Virus record (IMG/VR): IMGVR_UViG_3300028195_000001
Location: 1 to 64,000 of that record
DNA length: 64,000 nt
From: a virus
Strand: one strand, 5' to 3'
Shown: one piece after another, positions 8,803 through 16,640 of the stretch
How the letters are laid out: the number at the start of each line of letters is the position of its first letter
Position numbering within the stretch: the first letter of the stretch is position 1
Notes under the pieces: generated by a model
The model's input: the letters and a program-made list of their open reading frames with translations, nothing else
Database searches by the model: none
What the model was told of the DNA's origin: nothing
Made by a program: the position numbers and the translations under genes

Positions 8803-8847
8803 ATGGTACTGATTTACTATAATATATATATAGCAAATCAGTACCAT
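8803..8847. repeat. 45-bp palindromic element (13-bp perfect arms around a (TA)n core), copy 1
   Basis: atggtactgattt (8803-8815) / aaatcagtaccat (8835-8847) flank actataatatatatatagc. An almost identical element in the same + strand orientation lies at 33692-33739. Confidence 0.9.
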
Positions 8848-8851
8848 TTAT

Positions 8852-9508
8852 CTAAGACATTTCTAACACAGAAACCGTATCTTTCCACACTTTCTCTAAG
8901 TCGCATAATGTCACAGCTATTAGGGTGGCTTTACGGAGTTCTTTCCAGTCATGTCTTTGGTTGGGCGCAACGAACCGTGTAATATCCTTTGGTTCTACGT
9001 CCATCGTACTTAAAGAGAACTGTAATATCTTATCAGCATGGTTCGTTAACCAGTCACTCGAACCTATATGCTCTGACATTATGTTCTGGGCATGGATACG
9101 TACTTCTTCCCTGTCAGTCTCCCAGATAAGTTCTTCTTCACAGAAGTCTTCTATAGCTCGTGCGTGAATACCATGCAGATCGAGTATCCATTTTTTCCAA
9201 TCTGCATACTTAATCTCACTCTCTTGAGGGACAGGTATCGCCTGTTTGTTAATTTTGTCGATGTATATTTCTACAGAATACTCGACAAAATTATACTCCT
9301 CAGATACCTTCTCTGCCGGAACAAACCTATAGCTCAGAGTCCCAGTTAATGATTGGAGGACTACCGTATGCTCCGTCGGGATAGTTACGAGAAACAACCT
9401 CCCAAAATTGTTCGACAAGACGTACCCTGTTCTCAAGAGGGGAAGGGTTGAGCCGTTCCCATTGTTCTGCTTCATCGTCATCTCTACCTTTCGCAAATTC
9501 GTACTCAT
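8852..9508 (-). CDS. hypothetical protein (start uncertain)
   Basis: 218-aa track ORF. Its first 182 nt overlap 9327..9719 in another frame, and no canonical start lies downstream of the overlap. Confidence 0.45.
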   Translation of the reverse strand: MSTNLRKVEMTMKQNNGNGSTLPLLRTGYVLSNNFGRLFLVTIPTEHTVVLQSLTGTLSYRFVPAEKVSEEYNFVEYSVEIYIDKINKQAIPVPQESEIKYADWKKWILDLHGIHARAIEDFCEEELIWETDREEVRIHAQNIMSEHIGSSDWLTNHADKILQFSLSTMDVEPKDITRFVAPNQRHDWKELRKATLIAVTLCDLEKVWKDTVSVLEMS

Positions 9509-9719
9509 CGTCTAAATAACCATACTGTATAAAGTAAGTATCTTCAATATCTTTTGCGAAACGTCTGCTTGAATGTTCGTCATTCCAGTTCATTTCTACA
9601 AATGTATCAATGGCGTGGAATATGTCACCACCAGCTTTCGCTCGTTGATGTACCCATTCCACACCTTCCTCTATCAGTAGTTCATATCTTCGTTGTCCGT
9701 AGTCTCTAATCCTCATCAT
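9327..9719 (-). CDS. hypothetical protein
   Basis: 130-aa track ORF with an acidic central region. ATGA overlap with the upstream gene. Confidence 0.5.
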   Translation of the reverse strand: MMRIRDYGQRRYELLIEEGVEWVHQRAKAGGDIFHAIDTFVEMNWNDEHSSRRFAKDIEDTYFIQYGYLDDEYEFAKGRDDDEAEQWERLNPSPLENRVRLVEQFWEVVSRNYPDGAYGSPPIINWDSEL

Positions 9720-10183
9720 AACACCAATTCAGCTACGAGTGCTAACACAGTGATAGCTTCGATCATACATAGAAGTATCATCCATGCAGGCACTCTCCGT
9801 TCTATAATATTTGTTACTACAGGTGGTTTTTCTGCTTCCACCACAGCATTCAACAAATATTGGGTTTTCGCTTGATAGTCTGCTATAAGCGATTGACAGA
9901 ACTCTGAATCGGCATTGAACACCTTGCCGTTATAGTCGATAGCTACCAGTTCTGCTTCCAGATTCCGCTTACCCGCCTGAATCGCTGACCAGGGTAAAGG
10001 CAAGTCTGGGTCATCAAAGTTGTAATACAAATCGGTGAACACGGGAACTACCGCGTTCTCATCATCTTGATCTACAATATATGGTGCAACCACTTGCACC
10101 AAGCGGATTTTTTGTACACGTCTGTTCTTACGTGACCTAGCACGTTGAATATCCGAATCGGATAATCGTCTGTTGTTAGACAT
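9716..10183 (-). CDS. hypothetical C-terminally membrane-anchored protein
   Basis: 155-aa track ORF. The hydrophobic tail VPAWMILLCMIEAITVLALVAELVL looks like a single TM segment. Preceded by the 10215-10243 promoter. Confidence 0.55.
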   Translation of the reverse strand: MSNNRRLSDSDIQRARSRKNRRVQKIRLVQVVAPYIVDQDDENAVVPVFTDLYYNFDDPDLPLPWSAIQAGKRNLEAELVAIDYNGKVFNADSEFCQSLIADYQAKTQYLLNAVVEAEKPPVVTNIIERRVPAWMILLCMIEAITVLALVAELVL

Positions 10184-10214
10184 TGCTTAGACCTCATTCT
10201 CTAAGATTAGCCTA

Positions 10215-10243
10215 AGCTTACCACAAACGAATTATCTTGTCAA
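10215..10243 (-). promoter_or_regulatory. sigma70-type promoter (TTGACA-N17-TGgTAAGCT)
   Basis: Minus strand: TTGACA 10238-10243 (overlapping the methyltransferase stop), 17-nt spacer, TAAGCT 10215-10220, TGG immediately upstream. Confidence 0.6.
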
Positions 10244-10860
10244 GTCCTCTCGTAAGTCAGCTGCTCCGTAAGGTATCTGTGTACCTCTGTGTATCCCTTG
10301 CGCCACACGTACAAACCGTACTCATCTCCTCCGGTTTTCCCGTCGCCTGTGAAGGACGGGCGACGTGCCAGCACGCCCAATTGATATAATGGAAGCTCCC
10401 TCCAAAAACCTTCGTAGCGACGTTGACCTGTTTGGAAGGATAATTTGAGAAGCATAACCATCACACCATCGTGTCTCAACAGGTGGTGACTCTTTCTGAT
10501 AAATTTTTCTGCGAATTTGTACGGGGGGTTGCCTACAATGAAATTATATTGTGCAGGGAGGCAGTTCCATGTAAGGAAATCTTCGTTATACCATTCGTTA
10601 TATACAACGTCAGGGGTAACGTCACGAATTTCTACACCGTGTATGTTCATACCTTCATACATACGTCGTAAAGCACGCCCCCACACGCCCGAACCTGCAC
10701 CTGGGTCTAATACTTTGGAACGTTGTAACTTATAAAATGATGCCATAGGTGAAATATAATGTTGTATTGCTAGATCAGCTATAGCATCTTCCGTAGGATA
10801 AAAATCAAACGGCTTGCGTTCCGGTAGCTTCGTGTCTTTGTCGATATAAAACGTAGGCAT
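10240..10860 (-). CDS. N6-adenine DNA methyltransferase (orphan; no nuclease partner seen)
   Basis: AdoMet motif I VLDPGAGSGVWG and motif IV FIVGNPPYKF. Start moved from track 10938 to ATG 10858-10860 (MPTFYIDKD, AAGGGA upstream), because the track N-terminus overlaps 10805..11107. Confidence 0.8.
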   Translation of the reverse strand: MPTFYIDKDTKLPERKPFDFYPTEDAIADLAIQHYISPMASFYKLQRSKVLDPGAGSGVWGRALRRMYEGMNIHGVEIRDVTPDVVYNEWYNEDFLTWNCLPAQYNFIVGNPPYKFAEKFIRKSHHLLRHDGVMVMLLKLSFQTGQRRYEGFWRELPLYQLGVLARRPSFTGDGKTGGDEYGLYVWRKGYTEVHRYLTEQLTYERT

Positions 10861-11107
10861 TCTTTGTCCCTTCATACGGTTCGGAAATAGAATCAATAGT
10901 AAGAATTGTACCAGCGTAATAAATGATAACGTGTACAATTCCTAATGATGTATTAACATCTAATGATAGCACTTGATCGGTTTGGTTAAATGAAAGATTG
11001 TTTGCAACCTTTGTGAGCTTTCCTAATAATCGAAACGCGGCCTTAGACCTACGCTCCAACCTGTTTGGTAAAGCTAATGCCCAGTCATTATCAGTATCTT
11101 TTTCCAT
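10805..11107 (-). CDS. hypothetical protein
   Basis: 100-aa track ORF. SD AAGGAGAA lies upstream of ATG 11105-11107 and downstream of the 11126-11154 promoter. Confidence 0.45.
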   Translation of the reverse strand: MEKDTDNDWALALPNRLERRSKAAFRLLGKLTKVANNLSFNQTDQVLSLDVNTSLGIVHVIIYYAGTILTIDSISEPYEGTKNAYVLYRQRHEATGTQAV

Positions 11108-11125
11108 AACTTTCTCCTTTCGTAT

Positions 11126-11154
11126 AGTATAACCTATTACACATCGTTTGTCAA
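11126..11154 (-). promoter_or_regulatory. sigma70-type promoter (TTGACA-N17-TATACT)
   Basis: Minus strand: TTGACA 11149-11154, 17-nt spacer, TATACT 11126-11131. It follows the 11209-11242 terminator. Confidence 0.6.
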
Positions 11155-11208
11155 TAGGGTAAAACTGAAACCAAAAAAACGTGCGCCTGAACGTTTGGAA
11201 TTTTAGGC

Positions 11209-11242
11209 AAAAAAATACCCCTCACGCATGTTTACGTGAGGG
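11209..11242 (-). terminator. rho-independent terminator after 11249..11503
   Basis: Stem CCCTCACG/CGTGAGGG (11219-11226 / 11235-11242) with an 8-nt loop. On the minus strand it is followed by GTATTTTTTT. Confidence 0.75.
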
Positions 11243-11248
11243 TGTATG

Positions 11249-11503
11249 TTAGTCAGACCAGTGGTACACATATACACGTTGTTCGGTAGACTTTCCCTGA
11301 TGATGAGAACCTTTGAATTGCATTCCATCGTGTGTTGTGAAATTGATTTCTGCACGTTGTCCGGTACGTTTGTTCAATACCACCCGGAAACATCCGAGTT
11401 CCTCTGTCATGTATACACCGCTTACACCATGTACCCATTCTTTAAGAGTACGTTTGACAACGTTCAGTTTCACATCATGATGACGTTTCCAATGTTTAGC
11501 CAT
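11249..11503 (-). CDS. hypothetical basic protein
   Basis: 84-aa track ORF. Start context is AAGGAGGACTAATG. Confidence 0.55.
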   Translation of the reverse strand: MAKHWKRHHDVKLNVVKRTLKEWVHGVSGVYMTEELGCFRVVLNKRTGQRAEINFTTHDGMQFKGSHHQGKSTEQRVYVYHWSD

Positions 11504-11512
11504 TAGTCCTCC

Positions 11513-11779
11513 TTAATCATACGTTAAAGCGTGCATAGCGTCTGATATTACCAAACCAATTTCGTATGCACCTTGTCTGGACATGGTAATATGGACTCTT
11601 TCTTTGTTGCCGTGACCATCCTCAGAACGTAGTATTAATATTAAGGAACGTTCTGGTGTGAGAGTCACAGATGACGCAAACTTTTCTGTAGAAAGTTCGA
11701 TTGCATCTAAGACTTCACCTTTTAGTGAGTACGTTGCCTCAACCTTGAATTTCACTTTCGGTTCTTGTCTATTACTCAT
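11513..11779 (-). CDS. hypothetical protein
   Basis: Track ORF 11513..11893. Start moved to ATG 11777-11779 (MSNRQEPKVKF), preceded by GGAAGGAAACTCTAATG. ATGAGTAA overlap with the upstream stop. Confidence 0.5.
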   Translation of the reverse strand: MSNRQEPKVKFKVEATYSLKGEVLDAIELSTEKFASSVTLTPERSLILILRSEDGHGNKERVHITMSRQGAYEIGLVISDAMHALTYD

Positions 11780-12038
11780 TAGAGTTTCCTTCCTTTGTCC
11801 GGTTAAAGTACGCCGCACTTTCGATTTCCCGTATGTCGTCATCTGACAAACCTGTATAAGAAAGATATTGCCGCTTACATTCGTACAACGCACCTAACCG
11901 AGACTCGGTTCTCACCAACCTAAATTCAAATTCCTGTTGGGATTCTAACTGGCGAGAAAGAACACCAATTAAAACATGCTTGGTATTTTCTTCCTCTTTA
12001 ATACGTGTGTCAAGCCAAGTTACGTATTGATCGCTCAT
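11772..12038 (-). CDS. hypothetical protein, paralog of 12038..12391
   Basis: 88 aa. MSDQYVTWLD.. and ..YTGLSDDDIREIESAAYF align with MSDTYRNWLT.. and ..YEGLSEADKQSIAANARY of the adjacent gene. Confidence 0.5.
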   Translation of the reverse strand: MSDQYVTWLDTRIKEEENTKHVLIGVLSRQLESQQEFEFRLVRTESRLGALYECKRQYLSYTGLSDDDIREIESAAYFNRTKEGNSNE

Positions 12039-12391
12039 TAGATTTCCTTTAATTCAGACGGTTGATACCATTCACTTTCGACAACATACCGCGCATTTGC
12101 GGCAATACTTTGTTTATCGGCTTCTGACAAACCTTCGTAGTGATCGCAAGACTCACAATGACCGCCTGTACCAATAGGGCAGTAGTGGCATACGTTGTTA
12201 ACATACTCCCTTTTAGCGCGGTAAATCGCATTTATTTGACCTTGCTTGTAAGCCCTTTCTTTCTCGATACGTATTACTTCTTGTACGTTATCCGGCCTCC
12301 AAGCCTTAGTTAGCTGTTCTCCTAGTTCTTGAGCTTCAGTAACTAAACGGTTGTACTCATTGGTTAACCAGTTACGATATGTATCACTCAT
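12038..12391 (-). CDS. hypothetical protein with CxxC..CxxC insert, paralog of 11772..12038
   Basis: 117 aa with CHYCPIGTGGHCESC. TAATG coupling at both ends. Confidence 0.55.
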   Translation of the reverse strand: MSDTYRNWLTNEYNRLVTEAQELGEQLTKAWRPDNVQEVIRIEKERAYKQGQINAIYRAKREYVNNVCHYCPIGTGGHCESCDHYEGLSEADKQSIAANARYVVESEWYQPSELKEI

Positions 12392-12818
12392 TAGATTTTC
12401 TGTCCTTGATATTGTAAGCTATAACGTAACAGCCCGTCCAGCCATCATAGCTTACGTTTACCGGAAAGTTTTGAGTTCGGATTGCTTCAACAGCTACTTT
12501 GAACTCCCGTTTTAAGGCACGTTTGACAACGTTTACATCGTCTGTCCAACCAATGAACGTTCCCCGTAATGACACTGTTTCCGCATCGTCAGCTACGAAA
12601 TAACCTTCATCCTCATTCAATGCTTGGCAAGTAAACCTATCCGATGCTATGTGGCTTACACCACAATAAATACTTACACGAAGCGGGTTAATACTGCCTG
12701 TAATTTCTTGCATGTACTCGTACTGAATACCAGCAAGAAAATATGTTTGTTCGGCAATAAGATCAACCGCCGCGTCAATATCGTCTAACGTATGAATTAC
12801 AATCGTATCGTTACTCAT
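12384..12818 (-). CDS. hypothetical protein
   Basis: 144-aa track ORF. Start context is GAAAGGAAAATCTAATG. Confidence 0.55.
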   Translation of the reverse strand: MSNDTIVIHTLDDIDAAVDLIAEQTYFLAGIQYEYMQEITGSINPLRVSIYCGVSHIASDRFTCQALNEDEGYFVADDAETVSLRGTFIGWTDDVNVVKRALKREFKVAVEAIRTQNFPVNVSYDGWTGCYVIAYNIKDRKSNE

Positions 12819-12848
12819 TAGATTTTCCTTTCAATTGGATAGAGGTTC

Positions 12849-12873
12849 GGGGGTGGTTGACCAGACCACCCCC
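12849..12873 (-). other. GC-rich hairpin without a U-tract (terminator-like or processing/stabiliser element)
   Basis: GGGGGTGGT (12849-12857) / ACCACCCCC (12865-12873) with a 7-nt loop, in the 12819-12903 gap. The stem core GGGGTGGT/ACCACCCC recurs at 47291-47315. Confidence 0.5.
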
Positions 12874-12903
12874 TAGCACAAAGGAGTGTTGCTTGTGGTT
12901 GAG

Positions 12904-13383
12904 CTATTTAAGCTCTCTCGCAATAGAAACTTTACGTTCCTCAACCACCTTGAAACCATGTCCTGAGTATTCAGCAACATCGCCCGGTATAATCTCGGAC
13001 GGAATACGTCGATGTACAACCGCGTCAATGAATTTCGCCTTAACGTTTGTCAAGTTGGGTCTAAGCATCTCCCCAAGCGTTAAGTCCAACACAGTTGTAT
13101 TATTGACAAGCATTTCAATGAAAAAGGTTTCAACGGTGATTTTCAACTCACGTTTGAAGTAAACACCTACCATGTCATCGAATACCTTGTCATCAATCAA
13201 ACCTTGTTCGTGTAGATCGGTTGCCATCTCCACAATTTGACTCCGCAAGGCTTTCTTACGGTCTTTCAACTGGTTATGAACAGAGAGGAAACGTGAGTTC
13301 TCTTGTTCAAAATCGTCTGCGTCCTTAACTGATTCAACGTATGCAGACCACAAATCGTTGAATTCTTCTGGTACGTTACTCAT
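12904..13383 (-). CDS. hypothetical protein
   Basis: Track ORF 12904..13401. Start moved to ATG 13381-13383 (MSNVPEEF), with GAGGA 5 nt upstream and an ATGAGTAA overlap with the upstream stop. Confidence 0.5.
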   Translation of the reverse strand: MSNVPEEFNDLWSAYVESVKDADDFEQENSRFLSVHNQLKDRKKALRSQIVEMATDLHEQGLIDDKVFDDMVGVYFKRELKITVETFFIEMLVNNTTVLDLTLGEMLRPNLTNVKAKFIDAVVHRRIPSEIIPGDVAEYSGHGFKVVEERKVSIARELK

Positions 13384-14482
13384 CTTCGTCCTCATCTCCA
13401 TTACTCATGGTGAAAAGTGAAGGCCAGTCTACCGCAGTATATCTATGGGGTATAGATTCATAATACGGTGTTATTGGAACATCAGAATCCGGTGACAAAA
13501 AAGGTCGTGGATTAAATTCTTGATGATGAAAGAATTCACGTTGCCACCCTTCTTCAAACATTGGTAGTAAATCACCATCTTTTGCCAACCATTCTGTGTA
13601 CGTTTCACCAGCTTGTTCTGGTTGTTCTACCCCCCAAACCTCTAAGTGAGTGGGTTCGGTGTCACGACGTTGGCCTTTCCAGATAAATTGTTCTTCTTGA
13701 ACTACGCCATAGCGTTTTCCTTTACGTACTCGATAGAGAACGTTTGGGTCGCCGCTATCAAGAACCACTCGACAAGCTATGTCAACGCTGTCAAAGTAGA
13801 TTTTATCACCAGCGTCAATATAGTCACTATCAACATGGAAACCTTCTAAAGCGGACTTCATTTCCGGTGTCGGAGGGAGGGGTCGCCATGCTACTCGCGC
13901 AGCATTAGGGTGGGTCTGGTAAGCTACTGTCGCCATTGTCCCAACCTTGTCCTGAAGTTCTTGCATACGCTTGCGAACTAAACGTCTTTCATGACCATCA
14001 AGTTTTGACCATACTCGTTCTGTCCAGTCCAAACCAGCATGAGGTTCAGTGGTGGGTCTAGCACTTGCAACAACCCGAATGGGTACACCACGTATCAAGG
14101 TATCTGCAATATAGAACCCTGCATCTTTGTCAAACGGGTCTTGCTTGAAAAGGATGTTAAACAGACGTACCAGGAATTTATTCTTACGGGAAAGTTTGAC
14201 CTTACAAGTCTGTAACGTAGTAGGTGTAAGATATACTACAACCTTATCCACCATGTAAGGGTTGACATCCTCCCCCGTATCCAACCAGGGGAAACGTACA
14301 TAACCATCTTCCATCGTTTTCGTTTCCATCACTTCTTTCGCCCTCCCAATAGCTGTATCAGGAGCGAAAGCAGAGACAGTTTCTTGAGTATACGGGATAG
14401 TCCATTTAGACGTTTCCCGATTGAGTTTGATTGGTACTGGTATAGCAGGCTGTATCCCCCGCTTACCTTTATGGGTGAACAT
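13376..14482 (-). CDS. hypothetical protein
   Basis: Track ORF 13376..14488 starts at GTG. ATG 14480-14482 is better placed relative to AAGGAGA. 368 aa, no motif. Confidence 0.55.
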   Translation of the reverse strand: MFTHKGKRGIQPAIPVPIKLNRETSKWTIPYTQETVSAFAPDTAIGRAKEVMETKTMEDGYVRFPWLDTGEDVNPYMVDKVVVYLTPTTLQTCKVKLSRKNKFLVRLFNILFKQDPFDKDAGFYIADTLIRGVPIRVVASARPTTEPHAGLDWTERVWSKLDGHERRLVRKRMQELQDKVGTMATVAYQTHPNAARVAWRPLPPTPEMKSALEGFHVDSDYIDAGDKIYFDSVDIACRVVLDSGDPNVLYRVRKGKRYGVVQEEQFIWKGQRRDTEPTHLEVWGVEQPEQAGETYTEWLAKDGDLLPMFEEGWQREFFHHQEFNPRPFLSPDSDVPITPYYESIPHRYTAVDWPSLFTMSNGDEDEDE

Positions 14483-14484
14483 AG

Positions 14485-14829
14485 TCACTCTCCTTTAGAC
14501 TTAGTATACCCGATTTTCTTTACTGTGTCAACCCCATCGTTAACCAAATGCTTTGTGAGAACGAATTTCCCTTGCACGATCTCATGCTTAGTGGTTGGGT
14601 CAATCGTTGAAAGGTACATTGTAATCAGACCATCACGAGATGTTACCTTACGACTAACGTGTTCGGAGGCAAGACCTAGCTTACGAGTAAGGTAAGGCAC
14701 TATCTTTTTTCCGATGCCTCTCCACCCTTCTGTTATACACAGAAGGGTGAACTCGATTTTGAACGTGTGCTCTGGTCTAGCGTAGGAATAAACGTCCGCT
14801 TTCCAGAGGTATTTCTCTTTTGAGTACAT
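14485..14829 (-). CDS. hypothetical protein
   Basis: 114-aa track ORF. Confidence 0.5.
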   Translation of the reverse strand: MYSKEKYLWKADVYSYARPEHTFKIEFTLLCITEGWRGIGKKIVPYLTRKLGLASEHVSRKVTSRDGLITMYLSTIDPTTKHEIVQGKFVLTKHLVNDGVDTVKKIGYTKSKGE

Positions 14830-14843
14830 AGGTAGGTTGTCGT

Positions 14844-16640
14844 CTAGTCATTTTCCATGTGGGAGCATTGGTTTTCCCACAGGACTTTATAAGCGTCCAA
14901 CATACCCCTGTCGGCAACATCTAAGAAACATTTCAGACACATACCTGTTTGAACGAATGCTTCCAGCTGGTCGCCCTCAATTTTCACAACGTCTATTTTC
15001 CCTTCCTTGCAGTACCAACACTGGGTACGTCCTGGGAAACGTTGTCCTTCTATCCATACAGAGGAGGGTTCTCCGTCTGTTAAAAGAGGCGGGAACTTAG
15101 GTACAACCGTAGGTACGGTGCTACCTTCAATCTCCTCTTCATCTAGGTCGTAAGGTTCTTCTTCCAGATAGGTGAAGCAACCAGGACAAACGTTGTACAT
15201 TTTATCACCGTGTTCGTATGTTTGTCGTTTGATTCTCAGGGCTAGTTGTTCACAAATATCACAGGTGAAATATAGGTCGTAAGGTTCTCCTTCCAGATAG
15301 GTGAAGCAACCAGGACAAACGTTGTACGTTTTATCACCGTGTTCGTATGCTTGTCGTTTGATTCTCAGGGCTAGTTGTTCACAAATATCACAGGTGAAAT
15401 AGTTTTGCTGGTCATCGTCCAGAACATCTCGTGTCCAACGTTCATCTCCATTTGCATCTTTGATTAACACGCCTCCGTCCATCATCCACTGAAGGTCGTC
15501 TAATGCAAAGTCCGCTCTTTGTCCCTTGCATTGATCGCAGACAGCAAAGCCTCTAACGTATGTTGCATCATCCTCCCAAATAGTGTGGTTACACTGGCTA
15601 CAAATAGTCGCCATGTGTCCGGTAGCTTTGTGTAGGTAGATGACAGAAGAGTTGCCATCAGAGGTTTGTGTCCACTTCTCATATAACTTCTTGTTGTTCA
15701 TCCACAAGAAGTTATTAGGTCGGAATGCTTCAGCAGATGAACCTGCATCATGACCATGCCGTAGGGTTTGGTTGTAGGAAAACCCACGAATGTTCTCGTA
15801 AGATGATGTGTGATACAAGTTTTCATCACCCCATTGATCGTCATTCCAAGCATAGGCATATCGAGAAGTTTGGGGCATCGGTGTGTAAACCATCTCTGTA
15901 TCGTGCCACAAATCGTGGAAGTGAACGAAACGTGCCACCTGATTTAGCAACTCGTTAACGATAGCGTAGGCATCAGCATTATGATACCGATAGTACCCTA
16001 CAGCAACGTTGAACCCAAGTACCCCCAGTTGCTCTAACGAAACGATGTCGGTATAACTACCCCAGGCAGGAACGAAACCGGATTCAGCTAAACGTTCATG
16101 AAAATCCGCATCGTCGTACTGATACGTTTTAGCATCACTATCACCAGTACAATCGAATTCAACCATCCAATTGTAATGATCGGCTGGTAAACCATGCACA
16201 GCAGGGTCAAAGTAACGTGCGGTGCTACGTCCTGATTCTTCCCCTGTTGTAAGCAAGATGTCCGGCGGGTTTTTCATAATCTTGGATAACAAATCCATGA
16301 CTATGTATACCCCCAAGCGATCATCGAGTTGACCGTTGTAGATAGTTTCTTCATGTGTGTAACGTTCAGCACAGAAGGGCGAGACACCGAAATGGTTAGT
16401 ACGTTCATACTGTTGTACACTGTCCATGTGGGCTACAGCCAACACTTTGCTACCACGTTTGAGATACCCATACTGTTGACCGTCCGGGGTATCCACAACT
16501 TGCATGTGCTTCATCTGCTTCAGCAACCATTCTTCTGGTTTCAGGCAGATGTCCTCCATACGTTCATAGTCCAGAAACTTGTACAGAGGATGGTACTTCG
16601 GGTGATACTTTTTGATGTGTGTATAGAGGGGGTGCTTCAT
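14844..16640 (-). CDS. M28/M42-like metallopeptidase-fold N-terminal domain fused to multiple zinc-ribbon modules
   Basis: 598 aa. Metal-ligand-like series VAHMDSV, QLDDRLGVY, TTGEESG, YRYHNADAY. The C-terminal half has CSQC..CDQC, two copies of CDIC..CPGC (129-bp tandem duplication) and CWYC..CLKC. Confidence 0.45.
   Translation of the reverse strand: MKHPLYTHIKKYHPKYHPLYKFLDYERMEDICLKPEEWLLKQMKHMQVVDTPDGQQYGYLKRGSKVLAVAHMDSVQQYERTNHFGVSPFCAERYTHEETIYNGQLDDRLGVYIVMDLLSKIMKNPPDILLTTGEESGRSTARYFDPAVHGLPADHYNWMVEFDCTGDSDAKTYQYDDADFHERLAESGFVPAWGSYTDIVSLEQLGVLGFNVAVGYYRYHNADAYAIVNELLNQVARFVHFHDLWHDTEMVYTPMPQTSRYAYAWNDDQWGDENLYHTSSYENIRGFSYNQTLRHGHDAGSSAEAFRPNNFLWMNNKKLYEKWTQTSDGNSSVIYLHKATGHMATICSQCNHTIWEDDATYVRGFAVCDQCKGQRADFALDDLQWMMDGGVLIKDANGDERWTRDVLDDDQQNYFTCDICEQLALRIKRQAYEHGDKTYNVCPGCFTYLEGEPYDLYFTCDICEQLALRIKRQTYEHGDKMYNVCPGCFTYLEEEPYDLDEEEIEGSTVPTVVPKFPPLLTDGEPSSVWIEGQRFPGRTQCWYCKEGKIDVVKIEGDQLEAFVQTGMCLKCFLDVADRGMLDAYKVLWENQCSHMEND
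15145..15402. repeat. 129-bp tandem duplication (2 copies, about 3-4 mismatches) inside 14844..16640
   Basis: 15145-15273 and 15274-15402 are near-identical. Each encodes the 43-aa module YFTCDICEQLALRIKRQ.YEHGDK.YNVCPGCFTYLE.EPYDL. Confidence 0.9.

Noticed and set aside
10861-10938. Longer N-terminus of the methyltransferase (track start 10938)
   Set aside because: The extension MYTLSFITLVQFLLLILFPNRMKGQR overlaps 10805..11107 and lacks an SD. MPTFY at 10860 has AAGGGA upstream and precedes the conserved core.
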